The translations under genes were made by a program, and so were the position numbers. Below, in pieces: positions 41,601 to 49,041 of a DNA stretch of 64,000 nt. The stretch is taken from assembly GCA_024704765.1 (NCBI GenBank), contig JAKMXF010000188.1, positions 615,015 through 679,014 of the forward strand, in the 5' to 3' direction. How positions within the stretch are numbered: position 1 is the stretch's first letter; the number at the start of each line of letters is the position of its first letter. This stretch comes from Oopsacas minuta (lineage: Eukaryota > Animalia > Porifera). The notes beneath the pieces were generated by a model. That model saw only the letters and a program-made list of their open reading frames with translations, searched no databases and was not told where the DNA came from.

Positions 41601-42751
41601 AAAGGGGAGAAGCACTCCCGACGAATATCTTCAATATTTCTCACATCATATATCACCTTAATTCTATCCAGTTTTCGCTGCAGGGCTTTCACGGAGAAAA
41701 AAAATATAGGCACCCATTTCAATACTGAGCCACTATACTAAAGTATAGTTGGCACAATATCAATAACCCTGAGCTGCACTGCTAGTCTGTCGACTGGACA
41801 TTTTTATTTTAATTCTGTCTATTAACCAATAACTTTCGACTACTAGCCATTACTCTAAAGTCTAAAAACAGAGACTAATTATGTCATGTACGTATTTAGT
41901 TTGTTAAATGAAAATATATACAGTGGAAACCGGCTAATAGCAAATCGTATTTTTGTAAGAATTTTCCTTTACTAATATAACGCGAATTTTGCTATTATGC
42001 ACACTAATAACTATACAAATCTGCACTCTATGTCCATGAAAAAAGTTGCTAATATGCGGATTTTGCTATCAGACGAATTGTTGATAGGCGGTTTCGAATG
42101 TAATTGTCTCACTAGCAACACAATTCACATCTGAGAGAGAATTACCATTTCTATCATACAAAAAATACATTTTTGTACTAACTTAAATAAATGTGTTATA
42201 TGCGTGTCATGGCCAGCAGTAGTAATCATATATTATGTATCCACTATTTGAGCGTATATACGAATACAGTCGACCCTCTGACATCCGGTCACCTACTTAA
42301 ATCGGGTAGGATTTATTGAATCGTTTCAAACTGTTTGATCATTTTCTGGTAAATTTCCTCATAATATAGTTGATTTTAGCTGTGCGTATTATTACTATTT
42401 TCAAGTCAAGTACGTTTTCAGCCTTCACAAACTCTGAAAATATCATATCTATATCTATTCCATTCCGTAATGAAACCCATCTCAAATTTGGGATAATAAA
42501 CTATTTCTGAGATTCAGTCAAATTCTAAACTCCGGACACCTCTGGAAGACACTGCCCGAATTTCGGAGGTTCGGCTATTTTACCAAGACTACGTATACAT
42601 GTTTTGATCTAATGTCTCTTTTAGGCAAAGAAATAATATAATAATTGCAAACCCTGCAATTGTACAATTAGAAGAGGTTCGAGCTCGAGTGGATGTAACT
42701 GAAGATGCCTTAGTTATCGAGTCCCCATTCATAGAAGAAACGATTCTCTGA
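5615..42751 (+). CDS. Giant (about 5,103 aa) type I membrane protein: LLTP/vitellogenin-like N-terminus, M23-like, SAP-like, FN3-like repeats, PAN, GH16-like, cadherin-like, EGF, TM
   Basis: 20 GT-AG exons with matching phases: 5615-5734, 5980-6245, 6315-6488, 9096-9202, 10788-11026, 11237-11751, 13125-13335, 19574-24410, 26787-27102, 27511-27683, 27874-28526, 29156-29306, 29554-30008, 30123-30732, 31646-36870, 38504-38831, 39810-40020, 40103-40349, 40465-40811, 42625-42751. Sum is 15,312 nt = 5,104 codons including TGA. Starts with a signal peptide MVLQQILILLLVFSPTLTVS. Repeat motifs continue across junctions (HDLES|GIY, QAW|DVESG, TSQ|GVLVDLTPP). The exon 11-12 junction is the least certain. 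Confidence 0.85.
6933..7236. mobile_element. Tc1/mariner-type MITE (TA TSD) with a second MITE nested at 7051-7196
   Basis: TA|CAATGGAACTCG ... CAAACTCTATTG|TA. The inner TA|TAGTCGAAATCCG ... CGGTTTCGACTG|TA matches the family at 25437-25857. Confidence 0.65.
8586..8695 (+). repeat. Dispersed repeat shared between intron 3 and intron 7 (second copy about 14221-14296)
   Basis: GGGCAAGGTGTTT(T)CAC ... AGGAGCATGC(T/C)CAGTGG(T/C)GGATC ... GCGTCGTGTGGCTTTGATA occurs at both loci. Confidence 0.7.
10228..10290 (-). repeat. Helitron-like 3' terminus (GC-rich hairpin then CTAG|T)
   Basis: Minus strand reads GCGAGACACGAAGTGCCGAGCCCCATGCGCAGCGCGACCAAGCGAAGTGAACTAG|T. Related GC-rich segments occur near 44038 and 56702. 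Confidence 0.5.
14619..17322 (-). mobile_element. hAT-superfamily DNA transposon (Hermes/Ac-like), 2.7 kb, antisense in intron 7 of the giant gene
   Basis: Perfect 18-bp TIR CAGGCTTGGACCGGGTCA (14619-14636 and 17305-17322). Multiple subterminal TGACCCGG repeats at both ends. Encloses transposase fragments. Confidence 0.92.
15072..17019 (-). pseudogene. Disrupted hAT transposase (BED zinc finger, DDE core, dimerization domain)
   Basis: BED finger CWKYF...CNHC...GTKNLNDH; FTTDLWTD and VTTDKGANM (catalytic Asp); CACH; TRPWRSLYSM; SSAESERHFS (catalytic Glu). Frameshifts near 16690, 16660 and 16025, plus an in-frame TAG at 15651-15653. Confidence 0.9.
18464..19253 (+). repeat. Dispersed repeat family B, longest copy, with internal tandem subrepeats
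   Basis: Starts AAAAATGTCCAGCAGACAGACTGG and has repeated AAGGTGTGAAAATAT(A/G)ATTAATCA units. Matches reverse copies at about 37115-37470 and 52585-52928. Confidence 0.7.
19574..24410 (+). CDS. Exon 8 (4,837 nt) of the giant membrane protein
   Basis: Acceptor TTGTACAG|GCA, donor AGTG|GTGAGT. Lies within the 1640-aa ORF. Carries the end of the LLT module, amphipathic helices, M23-like, SAP-like, FN3-like and PAN domains. Confidence 0.9.
20940..21352 (+). other. LECT2/peptidase M23 (LytM)-like domain, zinc ligands degenerate
   Basis: RKLRGDDGC...CGFY...KPGIQL...LVAPTNG...VQSGEKIGTV..TG..PNFIHV...LDPSRFL follows the LECT2/M23 pattern. HxxxD appears as KPGIQ and HxH as FIH. Confidence 0.65.
21914..22016 (+). 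other. SAP-like helix-extended-loop-helix motif
   Basis: LDLTSIKSSLKVRGLSAEGDKEQLLARL fits the SAP consensus L..Lk..Lk.RGL...G.K..L..RL. Confidence 0.55.
23790..23960 (+). other. PAN/apple domain
   Basis: ELEECATDCLQFPTKCFSFNYAPVSHICELL fits the PAN pattern C...C....C.SF.Y......C.L. Confidence 0.75.
25437..25857. mobile_element. Tc1/mariner-type MITE, 421 bp, TA TSD
   Basis: TA|CAGTCGAAATCGG ... CCGATTTCGACTG|TA. Confidence 0.8.
26255..26757. repeat. Foldback element with about 160-bp imperfect inverted arms (intron 8)
   Basis: CCAGCTGCT...AAGTGACATTTTTGGTCCAG...GGATCTTCCCTATTTCG is mirrored by CGAAATAGGGAAGATCC...CTGGACCAAAAATGGCACTT...AGCAGCTGG. Confidence 0.7.
28723..28910. mobile_element. 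piggyBac-like MITE, 188 bp, TTAA TSD (intron 11)
   Basis: TTAA|CTCATGGGCGTAAACGA ... TCGTTTACGACTAAGGG|TTAA: imperfect TIR with TTAA on both sides. Confidence 0.65.
31110..31572. repeat. Degenerate foldback element (intron 14)
   Basis: AGATAGGAAAGTA...ATCTCATAAAAGTT...AAGCCTTCAAAGTTTGTGA...GAATCAGTTAAGACT is mirrored by AGTCTTAACTGATTC...TCACAAACTTTGGAGGCTT...TTTTATGAGAT...TACTTTCCTATCT. Confidence 0.65.
31646..36870 (+). CDS. Exon 15 (5,225 nt) of the giant membrane protein
   Basis: Acceptor TTTCTAG|CA, donor GAG|GTTTGT. Lies within the 1769-aa ORF. Carries tandem DxTPP...W..F.D.ESG FN3-like repeats and a GH16-like domain. Confidence 0.9.
34320..34990 (+). other. GH16/concanavalin-A-like jelly-roll domain (putative)
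   Basis: LKVSMTR...MLSGAAVT...MSVSIKAAP...AVTSVLFWDG...QEYEMLYE...DPSAAFYTYDFKL...WTVDLVVDGQ parallels GH16 motifs (SGei.s; ar.K.p; afwl; ExDxxE; FHtY..eW; fyvDG). Confidence 0.5.
37797..37889. repeat. Near-perfect 93-bp palindrome
   Basis: TAGCATATTACT...GAAATTCGTTTGAAC, a 12-nt loop, then GTTCAAACGAATTT...AGTAATATGCTA. Confidence 0.8.
39004..39397. mobile_element. Tc1/mariner-type MITE, 394 bp, TA TSD
   Basis: TA|CAGTAAACTCTCG ... CGGGAGTTTACTG|TA. Abuts a Helitron-like repeat copy. Confidence 0.8.
39398..39770 (+). repeat. Helitron-like repeat family C copy with (GTYT)n microsatellite
   Basis: Shares GTTGTCAA(G)GAAAGGATTTA...CATAACTATGTATTTATCGT...GCTGAATC with copies at about 46660-46960 and 56270-56570, and a worn copy at about 36895. 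Confidence 0.7.
40322..40811 (+). other. Two EGF-like domains, transmembrane helix (about 40696-40776) and juxtamembrane RKGVY
   Basis: CLNDATCK...CECTEEWALRRC; CLSQPCHYNATC...YECLCEPGWRC; ISAVVLSIVIILLIIAVVSLIVCVYLM then QKRKGVY. Confidence 0.88.
41433..41573. repeat. 141-bp palindromic MITE-like element (intron 19)
   Basis: CTTAGTCTATTAAATTCAAT..TTTAAAAAGTGGCACTATTAATTG..GGCAC is mirrored with few mismatches on the other side. Confidence 0.8.
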
Positions 42752-44099
42752 ATTGTCAGCAGTACTTTTATGCTAAGATGGGCCTACGTAATTGTATCTT
42801 TTAGCAGCGGATTTTTGATGTTTCAATTTTATTGTATCTTTCTGTTGAATATTGTTGAATTTTGTATATTTTCTTGCAGTTAGATTTGAGGTATAGATAA
42901 ATTACTTTTACTGTGCCGAGTATACAATCGCATAGTCATAGCAGTCCCGCTCCGCGCACCTGGCCTTAAAAAGGAGCGGCGCTCGGCATTCCCACCTCCG
43001 CTCATTACACGGACAATGAGTGCACTCCAACTCGTGCTCCTGCATAAAGGAGCGCGTTCCAATTGGCTCTTTTCATTCTTCCAGAGTTACATTAAATTTT
43101 TTATTATAGATACGTAATAAGTAAAGAATTTGACCAATACATATCCAGGAAATTGCTAATGTGCAACGTCAAAACAGTACCAACAAATACATACATATGT
43201 AATGTAAAATCGTCCCAGCAACGATGTTGAAATTTATGCAGAACAACGATTAAAGTTTATTTGCAATCATATAGTAGTGCCGCATGCTAGGTTTTAACTG
43301 TCGTGAGTATGATTTTGAGATTTTCAAAGCCTGAAAGTAACAATTTCACAGATTTATGATATGATTAATCATATTTACATACCTTTGGTATATATATTAA
43401 TACGATCTAGAATTTCGTTTTACTGTTTGACAGGAGTAATCGAGCATGGAGATTCCGATGTTTATTTAATATTTCAAATCTCTATCTACATGATTTATCA
43501 TATGATTAATCATATTGTCACCACTTCACGAAAATTAATTTGTATTGGTCAGAAATATGATTCAGATGACTGAACTGCACTCCCAGCCTGTCGTCTGGAC
43601 ATTTTTACTACGATTCGGCAGCATGTATTAGTCCCGGAGGGAGACATTTGTGTTCACTGTACACATATATCTGTATAAACTTTGCACCAGCTTTTTACCT
43701 TGGATTAGTGTCAATATTTTCCTGGTTGTCAAATTGGGTATTTTAAATGGATATCTACTTGGTGAATAGGTTTTGATTGAATTAGTTAAGAATATTGGTT
43801 AATGGAACTTATAATTGGTGATTATGTGTATTTTAGCTCACTATTCCACTAATTGCATACTTGTACAAAGCTAGTGCATATTTGCCAACATAGCTTCTCA
43901 AGAATCCGTTAGAAACCGTCTGAAAAGTCTTGAGTCCGTGAGAAATCGTGAGATTACCCTTGAGAAACGTGAGACCGTATTGATTTGGAATTACATTTAT
44001 ATGGAGCCCAAAAAATTTCATGCGAATACTGTGTTCGCAAGCCGCGCAGCGCGTGCAAGCGAAGCTGCTTACAGAATGAATTATTCTACTTATTATATA

Positions 44100-45004
44100 C
44101 AGTCAAGGGACAAAAGTATTCAACCACACAATTATATTGTCATAAAATGTATACTCTTTCCCGCTCCTATATATTGTGTAGTCTATATTCGTAGCTGCAA
44201 TCTAGTAAATTGCATAGAGTAACATATGTTTTCCAAGAATTTCAAAAAATATTTTCGATTTACACTTTTTGAAGGTGTTAATTATTAATAATTATTAGAT
44301 TATTATTGATAATCAAAATATGTGGTAATTCAAAACCTATTAAGAATCTATAATTTCTGACTTGATATTTGAATTCTACGTAGGCGAGTTACCCTAGATT
44401 TAAATTTCCAATGAGATTGAACAATTTTTACCAAAGTTAAAGAAGAATTTCAATTTGTGTCATTTGTGCCACCTTTTGCCCAAGGTGGCACAAGTGGCCG
44501 CTACCAAGAGATTATTTTATAATTCAAGGGTTAGCATAGTCATATCATTCGAAAATACAACTTTGACTTATACCTCCTAACCATAGTTGATTTCCTTGTA
44601 GTGGCGCTTATTCCTGCCACCTGTGCCACTTTTTCAAAAAGTGGCACAAATTGAAATTCTTTTATAACTTTGGTAAAATTGTTCAATCCGATTGGAAATT
44701 TCATTCTGGGGTAACTCGCCTATGTAGAATTCAAATATCAAGTCAGAAATTATAGATTCTTAATAGGTTTTGAATTACCACATATTTTGATTATCAATAA
44801 TTATCTAATAATTATTAATAATTAACACCTTCAAAAAGTGTAAATCGAAAATATTTTTTTGAAATTCTTGAAAAACATGTGTTACTCTATGCAATTTACT
44901 AGATTGCAGATACGAATATAGACTACACAATTTATAGGGGCGGGAAGGAGTATACAATTTATGACAATATATTTATGTGGTCGAATACTTTTGTCCCTTA
45001 ACTG
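44100..45004. mobile_element. 905-bp Tc1-like foldback element (arms about 415 bp), TA TSD
   Basis: TA|CAGTCAAGGGACAAAAGTATTC ... GAATACTTTTGTCCCTTAACTG|TA. Arms are complementary almost to the centre, with internal GTGCCAC/GTGGCAC hairpins. Confidence 0.88.
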
Positions 45005-45395
45005 TATGTCTAATCAGTATAGAGCACTATGATGAATTAATAATTAATATTTTCAAATTCCTTCAAAAGTACTCAATGATTTAGCCTATTTTAGACAGAA
45101 TCAAGTTGTCAGAGTTTGATTAATAGATATACTATTATATATTTGCAAATTAAAATTCAAACATTTGCTATAAATTATGATATTATAATTACTCATTTTA
45201 AGTAAAATATTTAATTCAAAGAATATGATCTACACATTCTAATAATTTGACTGATTAGTATAGTGAAACGATTTACAAGTCAATTTATTCGTGGATAAAC
45301 GGAGTTGTAGTTGTGTAAATTTTACAATGCTTACATTTAAGGCGGTATAAATAGGAATGTAAGCATATACAAAACAGATACAAATAACATATATT

Positions 45396-46562
45396 ATGAA
45401 CAGTACAAACATATAGAAAGGGATTGTAACTTCAAATGAGATAATAAATATATTTTGTCTCCCAATAGTATACATTAACATATTGTGTCTACTTATTCTC
45501 TCAATTTCTTGGGTAATATACCTGTCTGTGCGTTTGATCAAAGATCATAGAAATTATAAATTGACACTGAAAACACAAAGCAGCCGAGCAAGGCACTCTT
45601 TCGGGAACGATTTGAAAAACTTTGACTCGAATAAAACAAAAAATATTCCTCTGATTGTCACATGTGTGTGTGAATGTGTGTTGGTCATATCTTATCTTCT
45701 TTATCACGGAAGAATTGAAACCTTGAATGATGAAAATACTTCACATGAGAGGCAATTCTATTATTTTCATTTCTTCCTTGCTAATGCTAGATACTTTCAT
45801 TCACTAACACATATGGTAGTTCGCATTTCTAATACACTTACTGCAATGGCTACTTACGCGTTATTAATGTTTGTTCGCACTCTTACACAATTTTTGATTC
45901 ACAAATACGAATATTTTCGATCTGCCCCGAAGTTAAAATCTAAGCTTGTCGTATCAATGTCAATGCTTATAATTCTGTCGCTCTTGGGACTACTAAGGAT
46001 CTTTATACTGTTTCACTACATCCTGATTCTGCTTGTTGTAAGTTATGAATTCTTTCTTATAATAAACGAAACCAAATCTCTGTTACGGTTACTCAAACCA
46101 CGTCTCGAAGATTCAATAAATCATGAAAATCAGAACAGACATGTCATTCGCTATTACAGAATAGCTTATAAAGACTATTTAATAGGTTCTAATGTTCTAT
46201 TGGTTGCTTTCCTCTTCCAAACTATTGGTATCTCTATCAGCCTTATTCATCCCATTATCTTATCAATAATAGTATTACATAAGGACTTGAGGTGGGATTA
46301 TCTTATCTCCTTACCTATGGATATCACGCACCAATTCTCATCTTATGCGCTAGCATATAATTTGATAGTCTCCTCTTTGGAAGAAATAATAATGTCGGTT
46401 GGATTTAGTTTGCTGAATATTCCGTACTTATTAGTGTCGTTGAGATGTGTTATTCGACACATCAAGAAGAGAATTACATCGCATGCCATAAACCAAATTC
46501 ACAATCCAATGTTTACAAAGCTACTAGAAAACAATCATAGAGCCTATGCATTCAAATACTGA
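45396..46562 (+). CDS. Intronless seven-TM-like membrane protein; upstream in-frame ATG followed by TAG at codon 7 (possible pseudogene)
   Basis: The 359-aa ORF from 45483 extends in frame to ATG 45396 (MNSTNI*KGIV...), with TAG at 45414-45416. About seven hydrophobic segments. No family motif recognised. Confidence 0.65.
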
Positions 46563-46659
46563 TGTTTAAACTATTGAGGATAACATATTCAATATGTCAA
46601 TTAATTTGTGATTTTGTAATTTGAATATTGAGTAATAAGAATTATTGGAAATATGTCGG

Positions 46660-46960
46660 CAATATGTATGTGTGTATGTTCGTCTGTTGTTAAGGAAATG
46701 ATTTATGGAATGTTGTGTTTGAATTCAAATTTCTCAATTCTGAGATATCGCATAACTATGTATTTATCGTGTTTACCAATTAAGTAAACAGAACTTGACT
46801 AAATATATCGAATATGCTGAATCCGATATTCACACTTTTGAAACTTACATATATTTGTTGTTTTTATGAATAAAAAGTAAACAAATTCTCAAAATACTAA
46901 TATAGAGACTTGCATAATGGAATAGCAAAGTACACTGAATCCAAATTTGTCAATTTCAAG
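46660..46960 (+). repeat. Helitron-like repeat family C copy
   Basis: Similar to the 39398 and 56270 copies. Confidence 0.7.
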
Positions 46961-47136
46961 TTTCTCTTATGTATATTTACTGTTGTATTTATGAATCTAT
47001 GTAAACAAATAATTGAAATCTCAAATTATGCGTAGAAACTCGCTCTAAACGATATTCATTGGTAGATAATCCTCTGATCCCCAGATTGTTTGGATTCCTG
47101 AATTTTCTCTGCCATCTTGACAATTACGAGAAAAAG

Positions 47137-47430
47137 CAGAGATGCAGCAGTCCAGACTGGACCGGGAAACACATACGTATTTATGATAAAGTAGTGAATA
47201 TTGAGATAAGAATGAAGATAGATTGGACAGTCATGCTATGTTATTATCGAATCCATATTATAGCATTTCTAGAAATAAGTCAATAAATGCATGGACAGTG
47301 GGGGTTATACCCCTGGACACCCATTCTCAATCAGACCGGACTGGAACGGGACGGACGATGGTCCAAAAGGTTTGAAAAAAATAACCCGGTCCTGTCAGAT
47401 CCGTAATTTTGCTGGAGCGGTGCATCTCTG
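47137..47430. mobile_element. hAT-like MITE
   Basis: 10-bp TIR CAGAGATGCA / TGCATCTCTG with internal GACCGG repeats. No TSD seen. Confidence 0.5.
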
Positions 47431-47909
47431 GTACATAGACAAAGGAATTAGTTTGAATCAATTTTCGAGCCTCCTCTTACTTGAAATACTTGTATAAACA
47501 ACGAAACTAACAACTAAAATTATCCCATTTGTTTCTTAGTACATTATAATGGATCTTTAACACGGTTTTCCAGCTCACTTTTCAGGATTTGAAAGCAGAA
47601 TACTAGTAAAATAGGTGTTTTCACCTAGTACTAGATTTTGACCCCTATAATACTAGGTTTTGATACCACTCATACATTTGACTATTCACCATTGTGCATG
47701 TACAATTGGGATTCTGCACACCTATAATGCTACTAAAGTCAATAACAAATCCACTTCGCTCTGCGGTGGATCAGACGTCCTCGACAAATAATTTGAATGT
47801 CCTGATAAATAAGACACTTGAATACATTAGTTAAATCTGGATAAATAAATTCAGGAAGATCTTACCACATATTTTGGCATTATATGTCAATAACTAATAA
47901 ATACAAATA

Positions 47910-48572
47910 TCAGAAAGGGTATAGGAAAGGGAATAAACGTTTAACAACGATATTTACACAAGTTAATACGAATACAACCATAGCCAGGGTTACTTTAACT
48001 TTTGCCTTAAATCTTTGGTCTCTAAGCATATTAACTAAATACCGCCCTGCATCAACTGAACCACCTATCTCCTCCAACTCTGTATTTACTCCCTCTAGTG
48101 TGCTTGAAGACTCTACTAATGCTTCAAAGGTATCTTCTGAATGCCTCAATTGTGTAGCTAGCATTCTTCTAGTCTCTTCTAAACTGTGAATAAGTTCACT
48201 CTCTGAGTTCAAATTGTTCTTTTTCCTTCTTCTCACGAAAGAGACTTCTGTTTGCTCTTCGCTTCTCTTCATAGTCAGTCTTCTTAATGTAGCACGTATA
48301 TGTTGTATCTGTTGCTCGTGCCATTCGACTTTACTAAGAGTAACTTCTTGCTTAATTTTAGGTTGTGATATTGCCAGCAGAGAAAGTTGAGAAGAGAGAT
48401 TAGTTAGTTTGTCTAAATTAGAATTTATCTCATTTGAAAGAGGTTCATATACACTATCTGGTATTGATTTATCCGTACTAGTCTCTATATGTGACGTAAT
48501 CTTGTCCAGACATTTTACTTCCATAGCTACCATTTCTCTATGGTAGCTTTCTGTGTCTTTTGAACTTAGCAT
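47910..48572 (-). CDS. BNIP1: Vesicle transport protein SEC20 / BNIP1 (Qb-SNARE), single exon
   Basis: SLEETRRMLATQLRHSEDTFEALVESSSTL (Sec20 domain), a C-terminal TM helix, and the ending KRLFPFL as in vertebrate BNIP1. Confidence 0.88.
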   Translation of the reverse strand: MLSSKDTESYHREMVAMEVKCLDKITSHIETSTDKSIPDSVYEPLSNEINSNLDKLTNLSSQLSLLAISQPKIKQEVTLSKVEWHEQQIQHIRATLRRLTMKRSEEQTEVSFVRRRKKNNLNSESELIHSLEETRRMLATQLRHSEDTFEALVESSSTLEGVNTELEEIGGSVDAGRYLVNMLRDQRFKAKVKVTLAMVVFVLTCVNIVVKRLFPFLYPF

Positions 48573-49041
48573 TTATACCTAATTACTGCTGTTGAAAATG
48601 TAAAGTTATTATTCAAATTATGAAATTACGACTATTTTGATATTTCTTTGTTTGTCTGGAAGATTCAGGCCTCGAAATCTCCCTCAATCTTACAGTACAT
48701 ACAGTGTCAAGTTATGTCGATACGCGGTACAGTTACAAATGATACAATATAGAATAATTCATACATACATAGTATGATATTTGAAAGTTTGTATTGGAAA
48801 CAACAAACCTGAAATCTGAAAATGTTCAATTATTCCCTAACAAGCAACAACCATGTGTAATGTCAAAAATAGACAAATCCTTTACGCCCCCAAACAAGAA
48901 TTATTAAATATATTTAGATTTCAGTGCCTTGTTTGGTATGTTATTGTCTATGCTTCAATGATACAACTAGCCAATCTTTCGAATAATCGCTAATAACATA
49001 TCATATTCCTCCCGAATAATTCCATAATTGCAATATACTGA

